Origin: Octopus sinensis
Lineage: Eukaryota
Direction: 5' to 3'
DNA: 64,000 nt
Assembly: GCF_006345805.1 (NCBI RefSeq)
Contig: NC_043007.1
Span: forward strand, 38,874,001 to 38,938,000
Below, piece after piece: positions 46,988 through 61,213 of this stretch. The position numbers were made by a program, and so were the translations under genes. Position 1 is the stretch's first letter; each line of letters starts with the position of its first letter. A model generated the notes under the pieces. That model did not search any database, was not told the DNA's origin, and worked only from the letters and a program-made list of their open reading frames with translations.

Positions 46988-48275
46988 AATGAATATCAAA
47001 TGCCAAATTGGATTGGTGGGGGTGGGTTGCCTTATATGGTTATAGTTCAGCGACTGGCATAAATAAATTCATATTTGTTGAAAACATTTTTTTATTTGAT
47101 TTATGAGTTAGAGAGAGAAGAGCCATGCCTATAACTTTTGTAGGCCATCCTAGATTGGTGAGGTTGATGTGTTTTCTTAATTACTTAACTCTTTAGCATT
47201 TAATCTGGCCATATCTGGCCCAAATATTCTACCTGTCTTATGTTCAAACTGGCCATATCTGGCCTCTCACACCTACCTTATAATGTAATTTTATAAATAA
47301 ACAATCGCATCATTAAAATCCCATATTTAGAGAAAATGCCTCAGAGTCAGTGAGGCATACAAGCAATGACACTGCCACAAGGACTGGACCTGTGGTGGCT
47401 AATGTATTTAGGCTGCATATAAATGAGGTTTGCATGTGTGTATAAGCATATGTGTGTGTGCATATATATATATATGTCTGTGTGAGCATACACTCTTGGA
47501 GTGGTTGGTATTAGGAAGGGCATCTAGCTGTAGAAACTCTGCCAGATCAAGATTGGAGCCTGGTGCAGCCATCTGGTTTGCCAGCCCTCAGTCAAATCAT
47601 CCAACCCATGCTAGCATGGAAAGCAGACGTTAAACAATGATGATGATGATGATGATGTGTGTGTGTGCATATGTGTGTATGTGCATGTGAGAATATGTGT
47701 GAATAAGCACATGTGTGTTTGTGTATGTGTGCATTTATGTGTGTATTTGTGTGTGAGTGTGTGTGTGTGTGTGCATATGTGTGTGTATTTTAACCATATA
47801 GTCAGGAGGGAAGACAGTTCTCATGACATTTTACAGGGCCTCCAAGACTGGAAGGAAGAAGGGTATTCTGAAATAGAGGCCTGGCTTGAATGCTTGCAAC
47901 ATAGTAGTCTCTGCTAAAGGTACCCAAGATCTAAAGTGGGGAATGTTAAACCATACGACAGATAATGTCTACCACCGTGAAGGCTATGGTAGGGTTTAAA
48001 CTCAGGATGCAAAAGTCTAGAACAAATGCTGCAAGTTTTCCATTCCAATATTCTCACAGTTCTGCCAATCCGTTAACGTAGGTTGGCACTTGTTCATCAA
48101 TCACAAAAATAAAATGAAAGAGAAAGTTGACTTTGGTGAGATTTGAACTTAGATCATGGGGTGTCAGAACAAATACTGCAAGGTAATTCACAACCATGTG
48201 GAAAGTTATGGAGGAGTTGGGGTTGGTATAATCTTCATGAGAACATGTGTTCAATATAAATGGGAGCAAATAAGG

Positions 48276-48470
48276 CAGCAAGCTGGCAGAATCGTTAGCA
48301 CGCCAGGCGAAATGCGTAGCCGTATTTCGTCTGCCGTTACGTTCTGAGTTCAAATTCCGCCGGGGTCGACTTTGCCTTTCATCCTTTCGGGGTCGATAAA
48401 TAAAGTACCAGTTATGCTCTGGGGTCAATGTAATCGACTTAATCCCTTTGTCTGTCTTTGCTTGTCCCCT
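48276..48470 (+). mobile_element. SINE family B, CpG-rich, 3'-truncated
   Basis: GCTGGCAGAATCGTTAGCACGCCAGGCG...GAGTTCAAATTCC...GCCTTTCATCCTTTCGGGGTCG. Confidence 0.85.
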
Positions 48471-48917
48471 CGAATGATTTTTTTTCTTTTTTGCATGACA
48501 CACAATTGAAATTCAAGTATAAGCATGTATGGGTAATTACTATTAATTTATTAATGTTTCAAGACAAGTGATGGCGCTATTAATGGAAAAGAGAAAGACA
48601 ATCTTTCATCTGTGAAGTTGTTTATTCATCATAACTTTAAATAAATGGTCAGTAAAAGGTCAGCACATTCAGAAATATCAATCTCTGCCATTTTCAAAGC
48701 TATAAAATTCTATAATAATAACTTTATTGTTTTCTCAAGAAAGTTATTTTTAACATACACTTTTTTTATTTTTACCTTTTTTTGTTTCCCTCTTTTTGCT
48801 CAGTTTTGCCATTTCAATCATCACCATCATCATCATCTTCATCATTGTCACTGTCATCATCATCACCATCATTTAACATCTGTTTTCCATGCTGGTATGG
48901 ATTGGATTGGATTGGAT

Positions 48918-49246
48918 GGTTTGCACAAGATCTCTTTGATTGTGTGAGAACTATGAAATCTTTTTGAAAACTTTGCATGGGCCTCTGAGCAAGTATCACC
49001 AAGCTTTTGACAAAATTTGATGCTGATTCTCTGCTCAAATTTCTCTGTCTTGGTCAATGCTATGATCACATGCTACACACCTTCCATCCATGCACTGCTG
49101 TAAACAGCGGAAGTGAGCTTGAACATTAAAACTTAGTGTGCATGCACAACAGAGTTTAAGGTTAATTTGTGCCAAGTGGCTTCATTCTGCGTACTTTAGC
49201 TTCGTTACTATGGCTTTCTGTCCAGATACTTATTGATCAGACCACA
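48918..49246 (-). mobile_element. One arm of the fold-back mariner derivative
   Basis: The reverse complement matches 57179-57500, including the internal inversion junction. Encodes EKFEQRISIKFCQKLG. Confidence 0.78.
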
Positions 49247-49906
49247 CACACATACCCAAACACACACCACCACCACCACCACACACCCACAGCACACACA
49301 CACACATACCCAAACACACACACCACCACCACACACCCACAGTACACACAGACACACACACACTCACGTCCACATTCATCTCCACCCCCATTCATTCTTT
49401 GTGTGTTAGTGTAAACATATACATTATCGCATAATCACCCAAAAAATTTATCAGTTTCTACTAAGCATCATGCTTGACTAACTAAACAGAGTAGATTATG
49501 GTATGGAATCCATCACAATTGATATCTATCTATTTATTTATTTACCTGACATACCTACCTGACATACCTTCCTTCTTTTCCTACCTACATACTTAATCAT
49601 CTACCTTAACAAATGTATCATCATATCAATATCTATACTGTGTGTGTGTATGTGTTTATGTGTATTGTCATAGAAATTGAAAGAAAACCTAGAAAATAAC
49701 TTTCTACTAAAACTAAACATTCTGAACAACACAAGTAAAACTCCCAGCAATAAATTGACTCCATTTCTAGACGTAAATTTTCTGTTATGAAATACTTTTT
49801 GTGTAAATTCAGCTCCAGCGGAGGCATTTGGCTCAGTAGTTAGGGCAGCGTTTCTCAACTGAGGTTCCCCTGGGCAAGATTTTTCAGAAAGATTGGTAGC
49901 TGCCCA

Positions 49907-50138
49907 TACTCCCTTTACTCTCTTTTACTCTTTTACTCTTTTACTTGTTTCAGTTGTTTGACTGTGGCCATGCTAGAGCACCGCCTTTAGTTGAGCAAAT
50001 CGACCCCAGGACTTATTTCTTTGTAAGCCTAGTTCTTATTCTATCGGTATCTTTTGCTGAACTGCTAAGTTACGGGGTGGTAAACACACCACCATTGGTT
50101 GTCAAGCGATGGTGGGGGGGACAAACACAGACACACAG

Positions 50139-50181
<43 letters not shown>

Positions 50182-50352
50182 TACATATATACGATGGGCT
50201 TCCTTCAGTTTCCATCTACCAAATCCACTCACAAGGCTTTGGTCGGCCCAAGGCTATAGTAGAAGGTACTTGCCCAAGGTGTCACACTGTGGGAATGAAC
50301 CCGGAACCATGTGGTTGGTAAGCAAGCTACTTACCACACAGCCACTCCTGCA
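49907..50352 (-). mobile_element. SINE family A, full length
   Basis: Matches the consensus. Confidence 0.87.
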
Positions 50353-51002
50353 TGGAAATCCCTCTTCTCCATACCATTGACATTTATCCAAGGAAAACAC
50401 TACTAATTTTGGGCTGATACAGCTTGGTACCAGTGTCATCACAAATGCTGCTGTCAGAATGCAAAGAACTGGAACAGACACAGCAGCATTCTGCCAAATT
50501 CTCTGACAGTTCTGCCCATCCACTACTACATACTTTTTTTATTAACATTGATAAAAATGAAAGGCTATGTTGCCTTTAGTAGGATTTGAACTCAAAACAA
50601 TTATTTGAATATATTATTAAGGCATTATCTTACAACTGGATGTACTTCCTGTTGCTAATTTTTACCCATTTTTCAGAGGGCTCTTATTTCCCACGTTTTC
50701 AAACATGCAAAGCAAGAAGATGGTTTGTTAATAGAAGTTATGGTGTAAACTTTCAGAATCACTTGTTTGAAAATGATTGACTTTCATTGATGGTAAATGT
50801 AAACAAACATACAGCAACTCCTCTTTGAGTGGTTTCTTATTGTCACTTCTGTCCACAAAGTATCCTCTTGATATGTGCTTGTGCATTTGTAAAGAATAAG
50901 ATAACTTACTTGAAAAATAGGTAAGGGTTAGCAACAGGAAGGGCATTTGGCTGTAGAATAATACCCCAGTGACATATGTAATATCTATGATGAACTTCAG
51001 TT

Positions 51003-51604
51003 TCTTATTTCTTTATTGCTCACAAGGGGCTAAACATAGAGGGGACAAACAAGGACAGACAAACTGATGAAGTTGATTATATCGACCCCAGTGCATAACT
51101 GGTACTTATTTAATTGACCCTGAAAAGGATGAAAGGCAAAGTCGACCTTGGTGGAATTTGAACTCAGAACGTAGCGGCAGGCGAAATACCTATTTCTTTA
51201 CTACCCATAGGGGCTAAACACAGAGGGGACAAACAAGGACAGACAAATGGATTAAGTCGATTACATCGACCTCAGTATTTAAATGGTACTTATTTAATTG
51301 ACCCCGAAAGGATGAAAGGCAAAGTCAACCTCGGTGGAATTTGAACTCAGAACGTAGCGGCAGGTGAAATACCTATTTCTTTACTACCCACAAGGGTCTA
51401 AACACAGAAGGGACAAACAAGTACAGACAAATGGATTAAGTCTATTATATCGACCCCAGTGCGTAACTGGTACTTATTTAATCGACCCCAAAAGGTTGAA
51501 AGACAAAGTCGACCTTGGTGGAATTTGAACTCAGAATGTAGCGGCAGGCGAAATACCGTTAAGCATTTCACCCAGCATGCCAACGATTCTGCCAGCTCAC
51601 CGCC
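51003..51604 (-). mobile_element. SINE family B tandem trimer (183-bp period)
   Basis: Junctions GAAATAC|CTATTTCTTTACTACCC at about 51189 and 51372. Only the rightmost unit has the full head. Confidence 0.88.
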
Positions 51605-51919
51605 TTTTCCAGCTTTTTGTCTTCAGTTTCTGTCCACCAAATTCACTCACAAAGCTCTGATTGGCCTAGAACTATTTATCTTTTATCTCTTACTTGCTTC
51701 AGTCTTTTGACTGTGGCCATGCTGGAGCACCGTTTTGAAGGGTTTTAGTCGAAGAAATCAACCCTAGGGTTTGTTACTTTTTGAAACCAGTACTTATTCT
51801 ATTAGTCTCTTTTGTCGAACCATTAAGTTACAGGGACACAATCACATCACCACCGGTTATGAAACGGTGGTGGGGGAACAAACACAGACACGGAGACACA
51901 CACACACATAGATATATAC

Positions 51920-51972
<53 letters not shown>

Positions 51973-52720
51973 CATATATATGCATACATACACACACACA
52001 CATACACACATATATATATACATGCTTACATACATATATATATATACATACATATATATGCATACATACACACACACATACACACACATATATATATACA
52101 TGCTTACATACATATATATATATACATACATATATATGCATACATACACACACACATACACACACATATGTATATATATATATATATATATATATGAATG
52201 TATATATGTATGTACGTACATATATTTGTATGTATATATATATATATGTAAGTATGCATGTATGTATGTAAGTATGTATAGATATATGTGTGTGTGTGTG
52301 TTGTGAGTGTGTGTGTGTGTGTTGTGAGTGTGTGTGTGTGTGTTGTGAGTGTGTGTGTGTGTCTGCCTGCCATGCATGCACATTACTTTTCGAACAGTAG
52401 ATAGTTACAATGGTGAAGACTGGTTGTCATACCATGTTTATTGTGTTGTGTTGTCAACATCATGTTGCTTTCATATCAAGGTGTGTTATTTAAATTGTTT
52501 TTTTAAAAGAAAAATAAATACATACAAATTAACCCCCTCCTCCACCCTCAAAAAAACAAAGCAAAACAAAACAAAACAAAACAAAACAAAAACAACAATA
52601 GTTGACCTTTCAGGGTGAGAAAGCATTTTTGCAGAAACCACTGTCTCTAATTAGCACTTTGAAGACAAGCATGCTGAAGCTGAAACCAAATCAATTCCCA
52701 TGTCTTTGAGTGTGCATGCA

Positions 52721-52753
<33 letters not shown>

Positions 52754-53030
52754 ACGTGTGTGTACGTGTGTGTGTGTGTGTGTGTGTGTGTGCATCTAGG
52801 GCTGTTGTTGCTTAACCCCAGGTTAACTCTGACTGAGAAGACTTATGCTTAAAGGAATTCCAACCAAGACCATTTCATCATTTTGTGGATGCGTAGTACT
52901 GCATTATCTAATGCATTACTACATGATGATGGTGGAATTGTGATTTGAGGGATATTTGGCTGCTATTTTATATCATTATTTTATATTAGGTATTGTGTAA
53001 GACGTGGAGGCACAATGGCCCAGTAGTTGT

Positions 53031-53630
53031 ATCTTTTACTTGTTTCAGTTATTAGATTGCAGGCATGCTGGGGCACCACCTTGACCCCAGTACTTATATT
53101 TTTTTAAAGCCTTCAACTTATTTTATTGGGTCACTTTTGTCAAACTACTAAGTTACTGGGTTGTAAACACACCAACCCTGGTCAACATGTGGTGGTGAGG
53201 GAGAAACACACACACACACATTTATATATGACAAGCTTCTTTCAGTTTCATATTCCTTTATTGCCCACAAGGGGCTAAACATAGAGGGGACAAACAAGGA
53301 CAGACAAAGGGATTAAGTCGATTACATCGACCCCAGTGTGTAACTGGTACTTAATTTATCGACCCCGAAAGGATGGAAAGGAAAGTCGACCACGGTGGAA
53401 TTTGAACTCAGAACGTAAAGACAGACAAAATACTGCTAAGCGTTTCGACTAGCGTGCAAATGTTTCTGCCAGCTCGCAGCTTCTTTCAGTTTCTGTCTAC
53501 CAAATCCACTTATAAAGCTTTGGTCAGCCCAAAGTTTTAGTGGAAGACCATTGCTCAAGGTGCCATGCAGTGTGACTGAATCTGGAACCATGTGGTTGGG
53601 AAGTAAGCTTCTTACCATACAGCCACGCCT
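53031..53630 (-). mobile_element. SINE family A interrupted by SINE B
   Basis: A halves on either side of the B insertion. Confidence 0.78.
53250..53477 (-). mobile_element. SINE family B, full length
   Basis: 16-bp TSD AGCTTCTTTCAGTTTC (53234-53249 and 53478-53493). Confidence 0.88.
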
Positions 53631-55480
53631 AAAGCAGAGAATAGTTTAAATACTATGCCTAAAGACCACACCTCATATATTTACAAATGATACATACATG
53701 AAAATACTTGCCACACTTGGTTTATAAAATGACTAATCAATTAATAAGGTGTTAGAGCGACTGACAAGGTAGAATGCCAGATTAAAATGCGTTACAGCAT
53801 TAGCTTTGTTCTTTGTTCTATGTTCTGATTTAAATTTTTGCTTGGGTTGATTGCATTTTCTTCTGTCTGGCATTTATATAAGGACAGTATCAGACATATT
53901 CCAAAGGATATCCATCATTCTCCTATATAAACTTTTTAGAATGAAGTAGAGTTTATATATATATAATCAAAATAAGCAACAAGGATATACAGAGGTAATA
54001 CAGTACAATCATTTCATGCAATTCCATTTAATTGAACAATGCAATCATTACATCAATTTAAACTGTAGAGCAATCTTCAGCTGCACAAAGACATAGAATT
54101 TAATTAAATTAGAACAGATGGACACATTAGTATGATTATACCTAAAATCTCTAAGAAGTTAAGGAGATAGACAAAGAACATAGAATACTCCTCATCTTAG
54201 ACTATGAACTGTGGTTCAATAGGAAGCATAACTGAAATGGTCGTAATACCAATTTCATAAAACTACATAACATAATAATGGTTTCAAATTTTGGCACAAG
54301 GCCTGCAATTTCGTGGGAGGGGCTCAGTTGATTAGATTGACCTTAGTGCTCAACTGGTACTTATTTTATCAAACCCCAAAGGATGAAAGGTAAAGTCAGC
54401 CTTGACAGAATTTGAACTCAGAACACAAAAACAGATGAAATGGTGCCAAGCATTTCACCCGGTGTGCTAATGATTCTGCCAGCTTGTCAGCTTACTACAT
54501 AACATAATAACGATAATTGTTTCTAATTTAGAAAAAAGGACAACAATTTTTGGGAAGGGGATTAGTTGATGCCATCAACTTGAATACTTGACTGAAACTT
54601 TATTTCATTGACCTCAGTGGGCTGTAAAGCAGATTTGGCCTCGGTGGTATTTGAACTCAGAACCTAAAGGGCATTGCTCTGACAATTCTGCCAATTTGCT
54701 CCACAAATGTGGCACATGAGGGGACACTACAAGGAGAAATAACAAACAATGGGGGGTTTATGCATAATCTTGTTATGAAAAATAGACATGATGACGTGAA
54801 AGATGTTTATAAAAAACAAATACGTTTATAGGACATAACTTGACGAAGAGCTATGGCATGTTAACTATTTTGTCTTCCCGTAATTAAATTGTTTACTTAC
54901 CACACCTGATTTGAACAGGAACAATTGCAGGAAACTAATATGTTTATGTTACGCCTAAGTCTCAAGTTTCCCCTTTACTTTATTCATCATCATCATCATC
55001 ATCATCATCAAAATACTCAATATGATTGTGATCACAATAAAGATCATGATGATAATGATGATCATAATGATAACACTGTGTAACACAATTTTTGTCCTTT
55101 GGTAGCAATTGTTTTTTTCCTATTTGCTTACCCTTAAGTATGAAAAATGGCTAATATTTACTTCAAACTTTGCTTTTGTTATATTTATTCAAACCCCCCA
55201 AAATCCCTCAAGTGGTTAATATAAAGCAACTGACTAGCAGGTCTGTTGTATTGATCAGAATATTTGCTATAACAATATTTCTGCTTGGGCAACTCAGTGT
55301 TGAATCAGTCTGAAATGTAATGGAAAATAGGTTAGTTTCGAATCATTGATGTCCAGGGCACATAAGCAAAGTTTGAAGGGAATAATAGTAATTTTCTTTG
55401 ATTTCTAGATAGAAGCAAAGAGGAAATAACACTTACTGACCAAAGGCAAAAATATAAAAAATTTTGTTACCCAGTGTTTA

Positions 55481-55873
55481 GGTGTAGGAATGGCTGTGTG
55501 GTAAGTAGCTTGCTTACCAACCACATGGTTCTGGGTTCAGTCCCACTGCATGGCACCTTGGGCAACTGTCTTCTACTAAAGCCTTGTGAGTGGATTTGGT
55601 AGATGGAAACTGAAAGAAGCCCGTCGTATATATGTATATATATATGTGTGTGTGTGTTTATGTTTGTTTGTCCCCCCAACATCGCTTGACAACCGATGCT
55701 GGTGTTTTGCGTCCCCGTAACTTAGCAGTTCGGCAAAAGAGACCGATAGAATAAATACTCGGCTTACAAAGAATAAGTCCTGGGGTCGATTTGCTTGACT
55801 AAATGTGGTGCTCCAGCATGGCCACACTCAAATGACTGAAACAAATAAAAGAGTAAAAAAGAGTAAAAAGAGA
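55481..55873 (+). mobile_element. SINE family A, full length
   Basis: Matches the consensus. Confidence 0.87.
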
Positions 55874-56257
55874 GTGTAATTATTATCATCATTTTAACCC
55901 CTGCTTTTGCCATGATGACATATTAAGTTTTGCTGTTTAGTTCAAGGTCAGTCCTGACTGGCACTTCTATGGTCAAAATGATTCCAACCATGACCATCAC
56001 TTCATGTGTTTCCTGTTCATACTCAGTGTATCTGAAACTACATTATATAATAGATTCACTTTCAAGATAGTAGGATTTGAATGACATTTCACTTCTATTT
56101 CTTGAGTGACCATATAGAGGCTTTCTCAGGACTCACTGACATATGGTAGATATAGTGTACAATTGGACATGTCTACATGTTCTGACTCTATTTCTAAATC
56201 ATATCTTCTATTGTTATTTGCATTCTACAAAGTATCTCTACTGCAGTTGTCATACGA

Positions 56258-56260
56258 GAG

Positions 56261-56326
<66 letters not shown>

Positions 56327-56345
56327 AGAGATAAAGAGAGAGAGA

Positions 56346-56413
<68 letters not shown>
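56258..56413. repeat. (GA)n microsatellite
   Basis: Direct reading. Confidence 0.95.
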
Positions 56414-56414
<1 letters not shown>

Positions 56415-56944
56415 ATCTATTTCAGGATTTCTCTAGCACTTTATTTTATTGGCTTCCAAAAGGGATGAAAGGTAAACTTGACTTTGGTGGAATTTGAACT
56501 CAGAGTTCAGAGAACCAGAAAGAATTCTATACAACTCTCTAATGGTTCTGCCACCTCACTACCCTCGTGGGATTCGTAGTAGAATGTGGGACTGAACCTA
56601 TGAGCATTCAGGGTCCATGGACCTTGTTTATGTGGTCCAATATAATAACAGGCCACCACCACAATACTACCTTATCAACTTGGCCATCTACCGGCTACTC
56701 TGTTTTTCACAAACTGATGAAAGAGTCTCTATGTGGTCAGTAGCCTGCTACAAATAACAACCAAATCTCCCTCAAATTATACTTTATTAGTTTGGTAATG
56801 CAGAGACATATTGCGTATGGTAGTCCTATATACTCAAAGCTTGTGAGAAATGCAGGATAGGTCATAATCAGAACACCTTTATTTATAGCCCTGTTTGGTC
56901 AGGAATGACTTGGGAGCTAAATAATAACAGCAACTATAATTTTC

Positions 56945-58119
56945 TTCTTTTACTTGTTTCAGTCAATTGACAGCACCACCTTGAAGGGTTTTCTAGTCGA
57001 AGAAATGGACCCCAAAATTTCTTCTTTGTTAGCCTAGTACTTATTCTATCAGTGTCTTTTGTCAAACTGCTAAGTTACATGGATCTAAACACCCCAACAG
57101 TGGCTGTCAAGCGATGGTGAGGGGACAAACACAGACACAAAGACACACACACACACACCATAAATATATACATATATATGTGGTCTGATCAATAAGGATC
57201 CGGATTGTTGCCATAGTAACGAAGCTAAAGCACACAGAGTGAAGCCACTCAGCACAGATTGACCTTTCAACTCTACTGTGCCTGTGCACCAAATTTTAAC
57301 ATTCTAAATCACTTCCGCTGTTTACAGCAGTGCTTGGAAGGAACATGTGTAGCATGTGATCATTGCATTGACCATAACAGAGAAAGTTGAGCAGAGAAAT
57401 CAATATCAAATTTTGCAAAAGTTGGTGATACCTGATCAGAGGTCTATGCAAAGTTTCCAAAAAATTTTCATTGTGCTCAACAAAATCAAGTAGATCTTGT
57501 GCAACTGAAACTTGAGGGTCATTTTGGTCAGCTGAAAGCATTTTTGGCACAAACTTGGCAGACATTCGTCTCATACCAAAATCTTCAGTGATAATGGACT
57601 GAACTGAACCGTAACTAATCTGCACATCTGATAACTCATGGATGATGATTTGACAATTCCCCGTCACTGCTGCAAGCACATCTGCGATGTTTTTCTCAGT
57701 TCTGCTGGTTGTGGATCTCCCAGAACGTTTATCAATATTGACATTTTTCGGCCATCTTGGAAACGTCTGAACCACTCGTACACTTGTGTGCGGCTCATAC
57801 ACTCCTCTCCATACACTTTCTGCAACTTTGTGTAGGCCTCTGAGCAGGTATCTCCATGACAACTTTGTTAGTCATGGTCAATGCAACAATCACATGCTAC
57901 ACACCTTCCTTCCAAGCACTGCTGTAAACAGTGGAAATGAGCTAGAATGTTAAAACTTAGAGAGCATGCACAGCAGAGTTCAAGGTCAATTTTGCCAAGT
58001 AGTTTAACTTTGCGTACTTTAGCTTCATTACTATGTCAACAGTCTGAATACTTATTGATCAAACCTCATTTATACATACATACATACATACATACATACA
58101 TACATACTACATACATACA

Positions 58120-58179
<60 letters not shown>

Positions 58180-58263
58180 ATATATAATAATATATATATA
58201 TATATATATACATATATGTATGTATGTATGCATATCTATCTATCTATCTAATCTATCTATCTA

Positions 58264-58323
<60 letters not shown>

Positions 58324-58478
58324 GCTTCTTTCAGTTTCCTTCTACCAAGTTCACTCACAAGGCTTTGGTCGGCCTGAGGTTATAGCAGAATACACTTGCC
58401 CAAGTTGCCACGTAGTGAGACTGAACCCAGAATCATGTGGTTGAGACGCAAGCTTCTTACCACACAGCCACGCCTGTA
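56945..58478 (-). mobile_element. SINE family A split by the fold-back mariner
   Basis: 3' half at 56945-57175 and head half at 58318-58478. Confidence 0.72.
57179..58068 (-). mobile_element. Non-autonomous mariner derivative with long inverted arms (two copies of the 5' end)
   Basis: 57179-57450 is inverted to about 57800-58068. The interior encodes the transposase N-terminus (RSGRSTTSRT, ISYGSVQSIITEDFGMRRMSAKFVPKML) and stops just before the first catalytic Asp. Inserted in a TA tract. Confidence 0.82.
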
Positions 58479-58859
58479 CAACTGAACAACTTAAATGAAA
58501 AAAAAAGGGGTGGGACTTCAGCATACATATATGTCGGGGTTGGGGTCGGATAGTTGTTGGAGAGATGTTATGGTTGTGGTGGTGGTGTGTGTGTATATAG
58601 TGCACTTATTAGAATGACTAGGGTGAATAAAATAATAATAATATATATATAAATGAATAAATAATATAAAATAAGTGAGTGAATAAATAAAGAAGGAAAG
58701 AAAGAAGGCACAGATATGGGTGTATGGTAAAGATGGTTGCTTCACAACTATATAGATCCAAGTTTGGTAACTTTGAGTGGTTTTTCAGGCAAATAACTTC
58801 TGTTATCTTGCACTTGTTAGTACCTTGTGAATATAATTTGGTAGATAGAACCTGTGCGA

Positions 58860-58889
58860 AAACCTATCTTGTGTGTTGTGTGTGTGTGT

Positions 58890-58938
<49 letters not shown>

Positions 58939-59800
58939 GTGTTTGTGTATGTATGTATGTTTGTATGTGTGTGAGTCTGTGTATATATGTATGTATGTGT
59001 GTGAGTGTGTATGTATCTGTGTGTGAGTGTGTGTATGTTATGTATGTATGTATTATGTATGTATGTATGTGTGTATGTATGTATGTGTGTGTATATGTAT
59101 GTATCTATGTATGTATGTATGTGTGTATGTGTATGAGTATGTATGTATACATGTATGCATGTATGTATGTGTGTGCGTATGAATGTTTGCATGCATGTGT
59201 GTATACATGTATATAAGTATGAGTGAATGTAGGAATGCATTATATTTATATGTATGTATGTATAAATGTATGAATGTATGTATGTATGTATGATGTATGT
59301 ATGTATGTATGTGTGTGTATATGTATGTATGTATGTACGTATGTATGTATGTTGTATGTATGTATGTTTGTATGTGTGTGAGTCTGTGTATATATGTATG
59401 TATGTGTGTGAGTGTGTATGTATCTGTGTGTGAGTGTGTGTATGTTTATGTATGTATGTATTTGAATGTATGTGCGTGTATGTATGTGTGTGTATATGTA
59501 TGTATCTATGTATGTATGTATGTGTGTATGTGTATGAGTATGTATGTATACATGTATGCATGTATGTATGTGTGTGCGTATGAATGTTTGCATGCATGTG
59601 TGTATACATGTATATAAGTATGAGTGAATGTAGGAATGCATTATATTTATATGTATGTATGTATAAATGTATGAATGTATGTATGTATGAATGTATGTAT
59701 GTATGTATGTATGTATGTATGTATGTACGTATGTATGTATGTGTGTATGTATGTATGTATGTATGTATGTATGCATGAATGTATGTATAAATGAGTGTGT
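58860..59800. repeat. Compound (TG)/(TATG) microsatellite containing an approximately 400-bp tandem duplication
   Basis: Markers GAGTCTGT (58973, 59380) and AGGAATGC (59231, 59632) recur at a spacing of 401-407 bp. Confidence 0.9.
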
Positions 59801-59877
59801 GTATGGTCATATTGTGTCCCTTTGTTTCATATCTTGTTGGTGCATTAACTAGAGATTGCTAAAATAAATACCTTACT

Positions 59878-59887
59878 TATCTATCTA

Positions 59888-59964
<77 letters not shown>

Positions 59965-60019
59965 GAAGTTAACTAGCTGGCTAGATGTCTGTTTGTCTGT
60001 CTATCTATCTGTCTATCTG

Positions 60020-60104
<85 letters not shown>

Positions 60105-60178
60105 TGTCTGTCTGTCTGTCTGTCTGTATATATATATATATATCTAGTTAACTAGCTGGCTAGATGTCTGTTTGTCTG

Positions 60179-60249
<71 letters not shown>

Positions 60250-60295
60250 GTCTATCTATCTATCTGTCTGTCTGTCTGTCTGTCTGTCTGCCTGC
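59878..60295. repeat. (TCTA)/(TCTG) microsatellite with a duplicated unique spacer
   Basis: AGTTAACTAGCTGGCTAGATGTCTGTTTGTCTG occurs twice. Confidence 0.9.
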
Positions 60296-61213
60296 ATATG
60301 ATCATCTAAAATCCATGGAAAAGTAGAGCCCCAGCATGACCACAGTTCAGTGGCCCAAACCAGTAAAACAAACAAACCCCTCCTCCTTCCCCCCACTGCC
60401 TCCCGTCCCACTAAAAATATACATCTAAAATAAAATAATAAAAGCATAAACGAGGTGGTGGTTAGTTGTGGTGGGCGACGAGCAGCGGTGTGATGACATG
60501 ACAGTTACAGTGCTTTTTGGTGCATTAGTCATAGCAGGCGTGTAAGAACGGCAGCCCCCAGCCGACCACCGACTGTTGCTACCATACAATGCAAGCTGCA
60601 AGAATGAAATACCTTTGCCTTGATATTGGTGTCATTAGCTGGTGTTTTCTTTTTTTGCTTTTTGTTATTGTTGCTGTTGTTGTTGTTGTTGTTGTTGTTG
60701 TTGCTGTAAGTGACTGTAGGCTGTGAAAGGAATGAGGGAGAGGGGGTGGTTTAAGATTGGTGGGGGTTTGTAATGGGTCAGGGGAATAGCTTGTGAAGTG
60801 AAGGTGAATGTGAGGGTCAGGGAGGGTTTCAGGTGAGTCCCAAATACTCACTCGCTTGCTCAGTCTGTCTGTCTTATTACACGACTTTCCCTCTGTTCTG
60901 GTCTGGGCGCCAGAATAGAGCCCCTGTTAGATTGTGGTGGCTCATCATGGTGCTGGTGGCCATGGTGATGTTGGTGGTGGTGGTAGTGGCAGCAGCGAAG
61001 GTGATTGACCCCCTTCTCTACGATAAATCCTCTTCTCTGTTCCCCTTCTTTTCCATGGATATAATAGTCATTTAAAAGAAAAATATCTAGTATCCATGTA
61101 GCCATACTGTCTTAGCAGTCATGCTGTCTGTGTAGCTATAGTAATTGAGTAACTATAATGTTTGTGTATGTATAGTATTTGTATAGTTATAGTGTGTGTA
61201 TTGCTATAGTGTC

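Noticed and set aside
58803-59810. HTYI/YI/CV-rich ORFs (also 10034-10603, 12262-12907, 51781-52383)
   Set aside because: Microsatellite translations.
60860-61105. His-rich 81-aa ORF
   Set aside because: The His run comes from a short GGT/GAT repeat, the start codon is non-ATG, and there is no recognisable domain.
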